NCBI GenBank assembly: GCA_965219675.1
Contig: OZ244786.1
Span: 1,741,914 to 1,805,913 of the forward strand
From: Candidatus Multivorans sp.
GTDB lineage: Bacteria; Acidobacteriota; Thermoanaerobaculia; Multivoradales; Multivoraceae
Reading direction: 5' to 3'
DNA: 64,000 nucleotides
Part shown: positions 37,401 to 46,302 of the stretch, piece after piece
How positions within the stretch are numbered: position 1 is the stretch's first letter
How the letters are laid out: each line of letters begins with the position of its first letter
Translations under genes and position numbers: made by a program
The notes under the pieces: model-generated
What the model was told of the DNA's origin: nothing
What the model saw: only the letters and a program-made list of their open reading frames with translations
Database searches by the model: none

Positions 37401-37709
37401 CGCGACAAGGCGATCGTCCTCGGCGGCAAGAATCGCCTGCGGCCCATCCTGATGACGGCCGTGACGACGATTCTCGGCCTGTCGCCGATGGTCGCTCCCT
37501 TCTTCCTGCCCCAGGTGTTCGGCCAGCCCGAGGGCCGTGCCGCCTTCTGGGCGCCGGTGGGCCTCGTCATCCTGGGCGGGCTCACGACATCCACATTTCT
37601 GACCCTGCTTGTGATTCCGACGGTCTATTCCCTGGTCGACGACGTGAAGCTCTTCGTCCAGCGGGTTGTGCGGGCGGTCACGACCGTTCCGCGGAGAAAG
37701 ATGGCATGA
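34434..37709 (+). CDS. Efflux RND transporter permease subunit (AcrB/CzcA family).
   Basis: 1091-aa ORF. Canonical N-terminus IRFAVERRVTMFMATLGVLVLG preceded by a ~40-aa acidic extension. 12-TM RND topology. Confidence 0.9.
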   Translation: MPMTTPEEEMDEQKRGLLAGPEQQEEALQEAAAHVPVHPLIRFAVERRVTMFMATLGVLVLGWLSLTRLPLEFLPLFQSSNISVRVPYQSSSPEEIARSIIWPLEDSLGTINGVRLLRSRASGSSASVDIEFQDGTDMELAAVDVRDRIDRVRNELPSDVEQIYVRRFESTDIPVLRSSLSAPWTQDELNDFVEDVLLPRIERLEGVAQAEVWGMLSRELRIELLPDRMAAHGVDVRELRQVLQSNHVNVSGGYLREGSRRLLVRTIGEFQTPDEIRDLPIRGDGLRVGDVADVKFGYPDKYEYSFLNGSEAISLSVNKASDANLLDVVGRVKAELQAIQQTPEGAGLEFRHFHDTSVDVRQGLTELGRSGLIGGGLAIVFMFLFLRKFRTTLLVALAVPLSLVMTFVMMYLGRQAGVTEITLNVMSLMGLMLAIGMLLDNSIVVIESIFRHRQDLGASAKYAALGGASDVAMPIICSTMTTMCVFVPLIFFGSGGGGPGSFSRFMGDIGTTVCVVMLGSLVISLTVVPMIAAILLRSESKRRFKLLDRISELYGATLAFTLRHRFIFTMVIGALLYGSWELYNSIERSFNQPSQGRALTIFVETPRQMGMDDRLALYDEVYALLDSRRDEWEIADIAHQVRRGGGRSRGYGGGNRFEVYLKPEEVSELSTDEVTELVREAMPQKVGVLFKLARTEFGPPGSGSSGMDVELIGDDMGTLELLVPRITDRLRQLPMVGDIDNSFESGDDEIRVSVNRERALQGGLSSQAVAMTVNGALSSRSLAYFKTAEREIGMVMQYREEDRETLDQLKKMPVLVSDPNEESGAVTLPISSLASFQLQSGPSEVERENRRSKVEIDITAAGGTPGFMLRRPVQMALADVPLPPGYEWSLGRRFMEAEEDASRAVLAMILAVVLIYMIMAALFEDFLQPFTIMLSIPFAFIGVGLIMYLAGQPRSDSSNMGLLILAGIVVNNAIVLIDHINRLRREGIARDKAIVLGGKNRLRPILMTAVTTILGLSPMVAPFFLPQVFGQPEGRAAFWAPVGLVILGGLTTSTFLTLLVIPTVYSLVDDVKLFVQRVVRAVTTVPRRKMA

Positions 37710-39250
37710 AACTCAAGAGACGATTGGGCAAGGCGCGGTCGGCCGGCGCCCTCCTGTTGATGGCGGCCGTGGCCGCCGCGGGCATCGGCTGCGGGCAGTC
37801 CAACGCCGAAGCGGGCGGAGAGAACCCCCGCGCCGGCCGGGGCGGACCCGGCGGCGGTCCCGGGGGCCGGGGCGGCGGACCGCCGGGCGGCTTCCCTGGG
37901 GGCTTCCCGGGCTTCGGAGGCCCTGCGGCCACTGCCGTGATTCCGGTCGCGGTGACGAGCGTCATCCGACGCGACATCGCGGACTACCTGGAGACGAACG
38001 GTTCGCTCGAGGCCGAGAACGAGGTCGACATCGTGGCCCGCACGACCGGTCCGATCGTCGAACTGAACGTGGAGGAAGGCGACTTCGTGCGGGAAGGCCA
38101 GGTGCTGGCACGCATCGACGCCGCGGAGATCGAGGCGCAGTTGGGCATTGCCCGGGTCAACCTGGCCGAGGCGGAACTGTCCTGGAAGCGGGCGCAGTCG
38201 TCCTATCGCGAGGAAGTGATCAGCCAGGAGGCCTACGACCTCGCCAGGTCGACCTTCGAGAGCGCTGCCGCCCAGATCGTCGGCACCGAGATCCTGCTCG
38301 ACTACACCGTGATCCGGGCGCCGTTCGACGGCTTGATCATCGAGCGCGTGATCAAGAACGCGGAGCATGTTCCGACCAACGCGAGGCTGTTCCGGATCTC
38401 CGACTTCGATCCGCTGCTCTGTCCGATCCAGCTTCCGGAGAAGGACCTGCCGCGCCTCAAGCTGGACCAGCCCGCCCACCTGACGGTCGAGGCCTACCCC
38501 GGGGCCCGCTTCCCGGCGCGGGTGCTGCGGATCAGCCCGGTCGTCGACGCGGCGACCGGTACGGTCAAGGTCACGCTCGAAGTGCAGGCCCAGGGCCGCC
38601 TGCGGCCCGGAATGTTCGCCAGCGTGTTCGTCGAGACGGACGTTCACGAGAACGCGATCGTCGTGCCGAAGCAGGCCCTGGTACTCGAAAGCACGTCCGA
38701 CACCGTGTACGTGGCGGTGGAGGACGGACAGGGCGGCACGGTCGCCCAGCGCCGCGAACTCGAGCTCGGCTACGAGGAGAGCGACAGTCTGGAAGTGCTC
38801 TCCGGCCTCCGCGAGGGCGAGGATGTCGTGATCATCGGGCAGGACGGCCTCTCGGACCAGACGCCGATTTCGGTCGATGAGCGGGAGGGGCCGGCCGCGG
38901 CGCCCACGATGTTCACTTCCATGCCGGCGGCCGGCGCCGAAGGCGCGGCCGGTCGGTCGCCTGCCGCGGCTGGTGGCGCGGATGGCGCCGCGCAGGCTGC
39001 GCCGGCGCGGCCCGGGCCGGGCGGCCCCGGAGGCTCTCGCGGCGGACCTCCCGGCGGCTTCGATCCCAGCCAGATGACGCCCGAACGGATGGAGATGATC
39101 CGGGCCCGCATGAAGGAGCAGGGCATGAGCGACGAGCAGATCGACCAGATGATGGAACGCATCCGGAGCGGCCAGGGACCGCCGGGAAGGCCGCCTGGTG
39201 CTCCGGCCGGCAGGCAGCAGGGCGGACCGCCCGGACGACCGCAGGGTTGA
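37706..39250 (+). CDS. Efflux RND transporter periplasmic adaptor subunit (MFP/HlyD family) with Gly/Pro-rich low-complexity N- and C-terminal tails.
   Basis: The ATG at 37706 overlaps the RND stop (ATGA). Lipoprotein-like MKLKRRLG...AAAGIGCGQ. Biotinyl/lipoyl-like and beta-barrel segments (VIRAPFDGLIIERV). Tails GGPGGGPGGRGGGPPGGFPGGFPGFGG and GPGGPGGSRGGPPGGFDP...GPPGRPPGAPAG. Confidence 0.85.
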   Translation: MKLKRRLGKARSAGALLLMAAVAAAGIGCGQSNAEAGGENPRAGRGGPGGGPGGRGGGPPGGFPGGFPGFGGPAATAVIPVAVTSVIRRDIADYLETNGSLEAENEVDIVARTTGPIVELNVEEGDFVREGQVLARIDAAEIEAQLGIARVNLAEAELSWKRAQSSYREEVISQEAYDLARSTFESAAAQIVGTEILLDYTVIRAPFDGLIIERVIKNAEHVPTNARLFRISDFDPLLCPIQLPEKDLPRLKLDQPAHLTVEAYPGARFPARVLRISPVVDAATGTVKVTLEVQAQGRLRPGMFASVFVETDVHENAIVVPKQALVLESTSDTVYVAVEDGQGGTVAQRRELELGYEESDSLEVLSGLREGEDVVIIGQDGLSDQTPISVDEREGPAAAPTMFTSMPAAGAEGAAGRSPAAAGGADGAAQAAPARPGPGGPGGSRGGPPGGFDPSQMTPERMEMIRARMKEQGMSDEQIDQMMERIRSGQGPPGRPPGAPAGRQQGGPPGRPQG

Positions 39251-39284
39251 CCGGGCCCCGGGGCGCCTGACCAGGTAACGCGAC

Positions 39285-42200
39285 ATGCGGGTTGTTTCCT
39301 TCGCCACGCGGCGACCGGTCACCGTGTTCATCTTCGCCCTCGCGGCGGTGGTCTTCGGCGGCGTCGCCTTCCGGGACCTTGCGGTCGACCTGCTGCCGGA
39401 CATCACCTATCCGTCGCTGACCGTCCAGACGGGGTACGAAGGCGCCGCGCCGGTCGAGATGGAGACCCTGATCACGCGGCCGGTCGAGGACGCGGTAGGG
39501 GTGGTCAACGGGGTCAACCGGGTCATCTCGAGTTCCCGGGCGGACATCAGCGAGGTCACGCTGGAGTTCTCCTGGGGCACGAACATGGACTTCGCCTCGC
39601 TCGACGTGCGCGAGCGTCTGGATCAGGTGCGGTTGCCGATCGCGGCCGACAGGCCGGTCCTGCTGCGCTACGACCCGTCGCTCGACCCGATCCTGCGGAT
39701 GGGGCTATCCGGCGGCGGCGACGACCTGATCGCTCTGCGCCTCCTGGCCGAGGAGGATCTGAAGCGGAAGCTCGAGCGCCTGGAGGGCGTGGCGGCCGTC
39801 GTCGTGAGTGGCGGTCTCGAGGAGGAGATCCAGGTCGAGATCGACGAGCGGCGCCTGACCAGTCTGGGCCTCACGATGAACCAGGTGATGAACCGTCTGG
39901 CGCAGGAGAACGTGAATCTCACGGGCGGCCGGCTGCGCGACGGCCAGACCGACTACCTCGTGCGAACGATCAACGAACTGCTGCGGCCGGAAGAGATGCG
40001 GGAGATCGTGATCGATCGTTCCCAGGGGGCGATCGTGCGTCTCGAGGACATCGCCCGCGTCTACCAGGGCGCCCGGGAACGCGAGGTGATCACGCGGATC
40101 GACGGCCGGGAGGCCGTGGAGATCGCGGTCTACAAGGAGGGCGGCACGAACACGGTGACCGTCGCATCCGCCGTTCTCGACCGGGTGGAAGGACTCGTGG
40201 AGGAGATCAGACAGATCGATCCCCAGCTCGAATTGAGCGTCCTCACCGACCAGTCGCGCTACATCCGCGACTCCGTGTCGGCGGTGATCGAGACCGCCCT
40301 GATCGGCGGCTCGCTGGCGATCGTCGTCCTGTTCCTCTTCCTGCGCAGCGCGCCGAAGACGCTGATCATCGGGATCTCGATCCCGGTCTCCGTCGTCGCG
40401 ACCTTCTTCCTGATGTATGTCGCCGGCGTGTCGCTCAACATCATGTCGCTCGGCGGGATCACGCTCGGCATCGGTCTCCTGCTCGACAACTCGATCGTCG
40501 TCCTGGAGGCGATCCAGCGCCGTCGCGACCAGGGTCTGGGCGTCGTCGAGGCGGCCCGTGCCGGCGCTTCCGAAGTCGGCCGGGCGGTGATCGCCAGCAC
40601 GATCACGACCGTCTGCGTGTTCGTGCCGATCGTCTTCGTCGAGGGCGTCGCCGGTCAGATGTTCGGCGACCAGGCGTTGACCGTGACCTTCTCCCTGCTG
40701 GTGTCGCTCGGGGTCGCGCTGACCGTGATCCCGATGCTCGCGTCACGGAGGTTCTTCGCCGCCGGGGCGGAGGTCGAGGCCGTCGAGAGCGCGGGCCGCT
40801 CCAACCCGGTGACCCGAGCCATCTCGGGCTTGTTCAGCGCGTTGGGAGTCGGGATCGCCCTGGTCGTGAAGCATGTCTTCCGCGGCGTTGCCGCGATCAT
40901 GTCCGTGCTGCTCCGGCCGGTGCTCGCCGCCTTCGACGCGCTGCTCCAGGGCATCACGGCGGTCTACGCCCGCGTCCTTCGCGGGGCCCTGCGCCACCCC
41001 GTCCTGGTCGTCCTGGTGGCCGTGGCGCTGCTCGCGGGGAGCGTCCAGCTCGTGGGCTCGCTCGGCAGCGAACTCGTGCCGGAACTGATTCAGGGCGAGT
41101 TCTACGTCGACGCCGAACTGGCGCCCGGGAGCCGGCTGGAGGTCACGGATCGCCGGCTCGCGACGATCGACAAGCGCGTGCGCGAGTTTCCCGAGGAGTT
41201 CGGCGTGCAGTCGGTCTACACGGTGGTCGGTACCTCGAACGAGCAGGGAGGCGCGGCCGGCGAGAAACGGGAGAACATCGGCCAGGTCAACGTGCGGATG
41301 GAACCGCCGATCGATGCCGAGCGCGAGGAGCTGGTGATGAGCCGGATCCGGTCCCTGATCGATGCGGAGAACGCGTCCTTCGACCGCCAGGCGCCGCCGG
41401 TCGCCGGCGCGGCGTCTGCTCCGGTCGGAGCCGCCGGCGCCGGATCGCTGCTCGGCGACGATTCCCTGAAGTACCGCTTCGGCCGTCCGACCTACTTCAG
41501 TTTCCGGAGTCCGGTCGAGGTGCAGATCCGTGGCCACAACCTGGCGTTGCTGGAAGTGCTTGCCGATCAGGTCGCGGCCCGGATGCGCGAGGTCGAGGGG
41601 CTGGTCGACGTCAAGTCATCGACCGAAGGCGGCAACCCGGAACTTCAGATCATCTTCGACCGGGAGCGGCTGTCCACCTTGAACTACACGGTCGCGGAGC
41701 TTGGAGCCGTCATCCGGTCCAAGGTGCAGGGCGACATCGCGACGGACATCGTGCGCGAGGATCGGAACATCGAGGTCCGGATGCGGGCGGACGAGGGCTT
41801 CCGCGACTCGGTCCGCGATCTCCGCAACCTGAACGTCCGCCAGAGCGGTGCTGTGCCACTGCCTCTCTCGGCGGTGGCGGAAGTGATCGAGACGGAAGGG
41901 CCGGCCGAGATTCGCCGCAGCGACGGCGGCCGGGTCGCGCTGATCGAGGCGAACATCGTCGGCCGCGATCTGGGCAGCGTCTCCGACGACATTCAGGCCA
42001 TCCTGGACTCGACCCGGTTCCCGGTCGGCTTCGACTACTCGGTCGGCGGTCAGCGCCAGGAAATGGAGCGCTCCTTCGACAGCATGCGACTCGCGATCCT
42101 GCTCGCCGTGTTCATGGTCTACCTGGTCATGGCCTCCCAGTTCGAATCGCTGCTGCACCCATTCGTCATCCTGTTCGCCGTGCCGTTCTCGATCATCGGC

Positions 42201-42605
42201 GCGGTCGGCATCCTCTACCTGACCCGGACTCCGGTCAGCATCGTCGTCCTGATCGGCGGCATCCTGCTGGCCGGCATCGTGGTGAACAACGCGATCATCC
42301 TGATCGACTACACGAACCGTCTGCGCCGGGCCGGCAAGGCGAAGGTGGACGCCCTGCGCGAGGCCTGCCTGGTGCGGCTGCGGCCGATCCTGATGACGAC
42401 CTCGACCACGGTCCTGGGCCTCCTGCCGATGGCCCTGGGCCTGGGCGAAGGAGCGGAGCTCAGGACTCCCATGGCCCTGACCGTGGTCGGCGGACTGCTC
42501 ACTTCGACGCTCCTGACCCTGATCGTGATCCCGGCGCTCTATCTCCTGCTGGACATCCACAAGCACGACGCCGACCCCGAGACGGTCGCCGAACCGGCCG
42601 GGTAG
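39285..42605 (+). CDS. Second efflux RND transporter permease subunit.
   Basis: 1106-aa ORF starting MRVVSFATRRPVTVFIFALAAVVFGGVAF, with RND TM/periplasmic organisation. Confidence 0.9.
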   Translation: MRVVSFATRRPVTVFIFALAAVVFGGVAFRDLAVDLLPDITYPSLTVQTGYEGAAPVEMETLITRPVEDAVGVVNGVNRVISSSRADISEVTLEFSWGTNMDFASLDVRERLDQVRLPIAADRPVLLRYDPSLDPILRMGLSGGGDDLIALRLLAEEDLKRKLERLEGVAAVVVSGGLEEEIQVEIDERRLTSLGLTMNQVMNRLAQENVNLTGGRLRDGQTDYLVRTINELLRPEEMREIVIDRSQGAIVRLEDIARVYQGAREREVITRIDGREAVEIAVYKEGGTNTVTVASAVLDRVEGLVEEIRQIDPQLELSVLTDQSRYIRDSVSAVIETALIGGSLAIVVLFLFLRSAPKTLIIGISIPVSVVATFFLMYVAGVSLNIMSLGGITLGIGLLLDNSIVVLEAIQRRRDQGLGVVEAARAGASEVGRAVIASTITTVCVFVPIVFVEGVAGQMFGDQALTVTFSLLVSLGVALTVIPMLASRRFFAAGAEVEAVESAGRSNPVTRAISGLFSALGVGIALVVKHVFRGVAAIMSVLLRPVLAAFDALLQGITAVYARVLRGALRHPVLVVLVAVALLAGSVQLVGSLGSELVPELIQGEFYVDAELAPGSRLEVTDRRLATIDKRVREFPEEFGVQSVYTVVGTSNEQGGAAGEKRENIGQVNVRMEPPIDAEREELVMSRIRSLIDAENASFDRQAPPVAGAASAPVGAAGAGSLLGDDSLKYRFGRPTYFSFRSPVEVQIRGHNLALLEVLADQVAARMREVEGLVDVKSSTEGGNPELQIIFDRERLSTLNYTVAELGAVIRSKVQGDIATDIVREDRNIEVRMRADEGFRDSVRDLRNLNVRQSGAVPLPLSAVAEVIETEGPAEIRRSDGGRVALIEANIVGRDLGSVSDDIQAILDSTRFPVGFDYSVGGQRQEMERSFDSMRLAILLAVFMVYLVMASQFESLLHPFVILFAVPFSIIGAVGILYLTRTPVSIVVLIGGILLAGIVVNNAIILIDYTNRLRRAGKAKVDALREACLVRLRPILMTTSTTVLGLLPMALGLGEGAELRTPMALTVVGGLLTSTLLTLIVIPALYLLLDIHKHDADPETVAEPAG

Positions 42606-42691
42606 CACGAGACCCAACCAGAGGATCTCGAAGAGCTCCGCTTGCTGGCAGCCTCGCGCCCGGCGTCCCGCTGTAGCATGTCGGTCCACAG

Positions 42692-43774
42692 ATGTACAAG
42701 GCTCCGTGGCGTGTGAAAGCGACCTGGCTCTGCTGGTCCGGAGGGAAGGAGTCGGCATGGGCCCTTCGTCGGCTCCGGGCAGAGCCCACCTTCGACGTTC
42801 GCGGCTTGATCGCGCTCGTGAACGAGAAGAACGGTCGGGTGCTCCTTCACGGGATACGGCACACGCTGTTGGAGCATCAGGCGGCGGCAGTCGGATTGCC
42901 GTTGCGGCTGATTCCGCTGGATTGGACGGCGCCGTCAAGGGACAATGACGCTGTGATCGGGAAGGTGTTCGGCGAGTTGCACGGTGAGGGAGCGGGCTGC
43001 GTCGCCTTCGGCAACCTCTACTCGCCGGCCGACCGGCAGCGACGCCTGGGTACTACGGCAGGCACTGGCCTCGAACCGATCTTCCCGCTCTGGGACCTGA
43101 GCCCGTTGGATCACGTCTCAGCCCTGCTGGAAGCCGGTGTGACGGCCTGGGTGTGTTCGGTGGACACCGGAGTCCTTCCGGCGGGCCGCATCGGTAGCCG
43201 CTTGGTCGGTAGCTGTTTGGATTCGGAGTTTCTGGCCAACTTGCCGGAGGATGTCGACCCCAGCGGCGAGAACGGCGAGTACCATACCTTCGTGGAGTGG
43301 GCACCGGGGTGGGATCACTCCGTGTCCGTCAAACCGCTCCGGTCGATCGAGGTCTACGACTTCGCGTTCGCGGAGTTCGAGTTCGTGCCTGAGCACGCGA
43401 ACGCGAGAGCCGCCCGGCCCGGCGAGCTGGTTGCGGAAGCACGGGCGCTGGCGCCCTCGGGCCCTGACGAGCCGAGACCCGACCCGTTCCGCTACTTCGA
43501 GAGACTGGCGAGGGTGCGCAGCCATGTGGACGCCAACCTCGCCGACCAACTGAACACGGAATCCGTCGCACGAGTGGCCGCAATGTCGGCGGCTGGCTTC
43601 TCACGGTTCTTCCATCGGTACGTCGGACTGTCGTTCGGGACCTGGTTGGCCGAACGCCGCATTGAACACGCATGCCGGATGCTACGTGAGAGTAACTCCA
43701 ACGTCGCTGCCTACACCGAGCACAGGCCACGAAACCCGGCCTACCCACTCGCATTTCAAAGGAGGCCTCTGTAG
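42692..43774 (+). CDS. Fusion protein: an N-terminal PP-loop ATP pyrophosphatase domain (Dph6/MJ0570-like, DUF71) plus a C-terminal AraC-type HTH that is partial or degenerate.
   Basis: PP-loop CWSGGKESAWAL (an SGGKDS variant). C-terminal ...AAGFSRFFHRYVGLSFGTWLAERRIEHACRMLRESN, an AraC family HTH signature. Confidence 0.7.
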   Translation: MYKAPWRVKATWLCWSGGKESAWALRRLRAEPTFDVRGLIALVNEKNGRVLLHGIRHTLLEHQAAAVGLPLRLIPLDWTAPSRDNDAVIGKVFGELHGEGAGCVAFGNLYSPADRQRRLGTTAGTGLEPIFPLWDLSPLDHVSALLEAGVTAWVCSVDTGVLPAGRIGSRLVGSCLDSEFLANLPEDVDPSGENGEYHTFVEWAPGWDHSVSVKPLRSIEVYDFAFAEFEFVPEHANARAARPGELVAEARALAPSGPDEPRPDPFRYFERLARVRSHVDANLADQLNTESVARVAAMSAAGFSRFFHRYVGLSFGTWLAERRIEHACRMLRESNSNVAAYTEHRPRNPAYPLAFQRRPL

Positions 43775-43844
43775 TCAGCCATCTTCGCTTCACGGTGCGT
43801 TCGCTGACGTCAAGCACGAGAGTGCGGCGAGTGTCCCTGTTTGT

Positions 43845-43875
43845 CCGGTTCCGGCAAGAACCTGGCCGGAATCGG
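43845..43875. repeat. Imperfect inverted repeat: 11-bp arms ccggttccggc / gccggaatcgg (one mismatch) with a 9-nt loop. It lies in the intergenic region upstream of the Cys-rich protein gene.
   Basis: Read directly from the sequence. No downstream T-run, so it is more likely an operator or RNA structure than an intrinsic terminator. Confidence 0.3.
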
Positions 43876-43952
43876 TCGAATGTCGTCCGGTAATCGGCGG
43901 CGTTCTTTCCTAGAGTTGTTGCGAAGCTACCAACACATCATTGCTACTCTGA

Positions 43953-43960
43953 AAGGAGGC
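43953..43960 (+). promoter_or_regulatory. Shine-Dalgarno sequence AAAGGAGG for the Cys-rich protein gene.
   Basis: 5-nt spacing to the ATG at 43966. Confidence 0.6.
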
Positions 43961-43965
43961 AGGAG

Positions 43966-44415
43966 ATGACGAAGAAGAGAAGGTGGAACGAGACGACCGT
44001 CGGCCTCTCGTTGCTGCTGACTGTGGCGTTCGTCGCGACGCCAACTCTCGCGCAGGCCGAGCGGGACCGGGACGAGCTCGTTGAGCCTGCCATCGAGACG
44101 CCGCTCGATGCGTTCGACGAGCTTCCTGCCGCAGTCTCGTACGCCGAAGGGCCTGTGCCTGACCTGGCATTCGGGACCCCGAAGTGTCGCGCCGTTACGG
44201 CCGCGCTTTCCTCGGGCAACTCCGACGAGTGCCTCGAGTGTCAACGGTCCTGCATGGCGGAGTGGCGGGAGTGCCGCCGCGGCTGTGCGAGTGCGGATCC
44301 CGATGACTGGATCCCGTGTCATGAGGCATGCGCCGATGCGCTCGTTTGGTGCCAAAGCTCGGGCTGCAGTGGGGCATGCGGCTCGTCTTCCACTTCTTCA
44401 GGATCCACTAGGTGA
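43966..44415 (+). CDS. Small secreted cysteine-rich protein (149 aa).
   Basis: Strong Shine-Dalgarno AAAGGAGG 5 nt upstream. Signal peptide VGLSLLLTVAFVATPTLAQA. 10 Cys in the C-terminal 70 aa (CLECQRSCMAEWRECRRGCA...CHEACADALVWCQSSGCSGACG). Confidence 0.6.
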   Translation: MTKKRRWNETTVGLSLLLTVAFVATPTLAQAERDRDELVEPAIETPLDAFDELPAAVSYAEGPVPDLAFGTPKCRAVTAALSSGNSDECLECQRSCMAEWRECRRGCASADPDDWIPCHEACADALVWCQSSGCSGACGSSSTSSGSTR

Positions 44416-46217
44416 TCTTGTCCGGAGCGATGCGGCTCACGGCTGCGTCGTGGGTCCCGCTGCTGGGCTTTGGCCTGGCAGCGGGTCTCGCCGCCCAGTC
44501 GAAGCAGACTTTCTACGACGCGGTCGACGTCGAAGTAGTGGAGATCGATGTCGTGGTCGTGGATCGAAAGGGAGTGCCGGTCCTTGGCCTCAAGAAGGAC
44601 GACTTCAATCTCTACGTGGACGGCGAGGCCATCGAGATCAGCAACTTTCTCTCCTGGTCCGTGGTTACGGGCGGATCCCGATCGGTTCGTTCCGGTCGTT
44701 CTCCCGGCGGCGGCGCCGAATTGCCGGGGGCGGCAAGGGCCACCAGCGCGGTAGGTGGCGTGCCGCTCCTGATCGCAATCTACCTGGATGAGCTCAGCCT
44801 TCATCCGGCACGCCGCGACCGTGTGCTGGACCGTCTTCAAGCCGCGGCCGAGCCCTGGCACGGGCTGGGCGCGCAGTTCGTTCTCGCGGTCTTTGATGGT
44901 CGACTCGACATCGCGGTCGGCCCGACAAGGGATCTTTCGGCGGTTCTTCGAGCGGCCTCCCTTCGTGCCGCGGCGGCTCCAGCCAGGGCCTACGAGTTGG
45001 CTCGGGCGCGACGGCGCGCGTTCACCGAACTTGCCCTGAACGCCAGGGCTTCCTCCGGGACGGCGGGAGAGGACGCAGGGGACGGTGGAATCGCCCGCTG
45101 CGAACGGGAGAAGTGGTTCCATCTCCTTTCCATCGCTCGGAACCACGCGTACGAAACGGAAACTCGCAGCGCCGTGGCGATGGACGGACTGGCTGACCTG
45201 ATCAGTTCGCTGTCCGGCGTGGCTGGCAAGAAGGCAGTTGTGTACGTCAGCGATGGCCTGCCCCAGCGGCCCGGTGTGGACATCTTCACGTACCTCGTCG
45301 AACAGCTTTGCCCGGACGCTACGAATCTCCACCCGGAGGCCTACGCGGAGATGCTCCAGTTTGACGACGCGAGCGACGTGAATCGTATCGCGGCCCACGC
45401 AAATGCCAACCGGGTCACCTTCTACCCATTGGATGCCATGGGCCTGGATACGGGGCTCCATCTGGATCCGTCCTTCCGGAGCCTCGCCGAGGCGCCATCC
45501 GCCCGCAACGACGAGATCGCCCGGATGAACCGGCAGAACGGGCTGAACATGCTCGCGTCCGAGACGGGTGGAAAGGCGCTGCTCAACTCGAATGACATCC
45601 GTCCCCTGCTGGCCGAAGTTGCAGTCCAGCTTGAGGCTTCGTACTCGCTGGGTTTTTCTCCGGAGCCCTCTGAGCGTGCAAGAGTGCGCCAGGTCCGCGT
45701 GGAGCTGGCGCCACCGGCGGCCAAGCGCCGCAGAATCCAGTATCGGCGTTCCTATCGCGTCAAGTCGCTGGAGGAGCGTCTGGCCGAGCGCCTGTTCAGC
45801 GTCGCCCATTTGGAGGCGTCAGGGTGGAACCCGCTTCAGGTGGAAGTCGGCTTCGGCCCTACGGAGGGCGGTGGAGGGCAGGGAGTGAAGCGGGATAGCG
45901 GGATCGTGGTCGAGGTGGCGGTGCCCATCTCCGCTCTTCCATTCCTCACGAGTCGGGCCGATACGCAGGGCGAACTCCGGGTCTGGATGCTCGCCGTTGA
46001 TTCTGGCAAGGGCGTCCGCACGCGGATACGCCAGAAGTCCCTGACCGTTGGCGGAGACGGTGGAGTGGCGCCCAGAAACGGCTCGTTTCGGTTCGAGGTC
46101 GAAATGGACCTGCCTGAAGGCGTCTGGCAGGTCGCGGTAGGCGTCCGCGACGAACTCACTGGCGTCACCTCGCTCATGAGCGAGTCGCTGCCGATTCCCA
46201 TGATATCCATGCCCTGA
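44412..46217 (+). CDS. VWFA-related Acidobacterial-type domain protein (vWA fold), secreted.
   Basis: Signal peptide, then FYDAVDVEVVEIDVVVVDRKGVPVLGLKKDDFNLYVDGEAIEISNF. vWA-like LLIAIYLDELS...VVYVSDGLP. The GTG start overlaps the upstream stop. An alternative ATG lies at 44430. Confidence 0.8.
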   Translation: MILSGAMRLTAASWVPLLGFGLAAGLAAQSKQTFYDAVDVEVVEIDVVVVDRKGVPVLGLKKDDFNLYVDGEAIEISNFLSWSVVTGGSRSVRSGRSPGGGAELPGAARATSAVGGVPLLIAIYLDELSLHPARRDRVLDRLQAAAEPWHGLGAQFVLAVFDGRLDIAVGPTRDLSAVLRAASLRAAAAPARAYELARARRRAFTELALNARASSGTAGEDAGDGGIARCEREKWFHLLSIARNHAYETETRSAVAMDGLADLISSLSGVAGKKAVVYVSDGLPQRPGVDIFTYLVEQLCPDATNLHPEAYAEMLQFDDASDVNRIAAHANANRVTFYPLDAMGLDTGLHLDPSFRSLAEAPSARNDEIARMNRQNGLNMLASETGGKALLNSNDIRPLLAEVAVQLEASYSLGFSPEPSERARVRQVRVELAPPAAKRRRIQYRRSYRVKSLEERLAERLFSVAHLEASGWNPLQVEVGFGPTEGGGGQGVKRDSGIVVEVAVPISALPFLTSRADTQGELRVWMLAVDSGKGVRTRIRQKSLTVGGDGGVAPRNGSFRFEVEMDLPEGVWQVAVGVRDELTGVTSLMSESLPIPMISMP

Positions 46218-46302
46218 CGCCCTTGATCCGTGGCTTGGATCTTTCGTCACGTGCTCGGCGCCGCGAAGCGGCGGCCGTTGTGACCTCAGTCGGTTGGAGG
46301 CG

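Noticed and set aside
39251-39284. 10-bp perfect palindrome gccccggggc between the MFP and the second RND gene.
   Set aside because: It is a loopless GC palindrome, commonplace in high-GC DNA. There is no evidence it acts as a terminator or operator.
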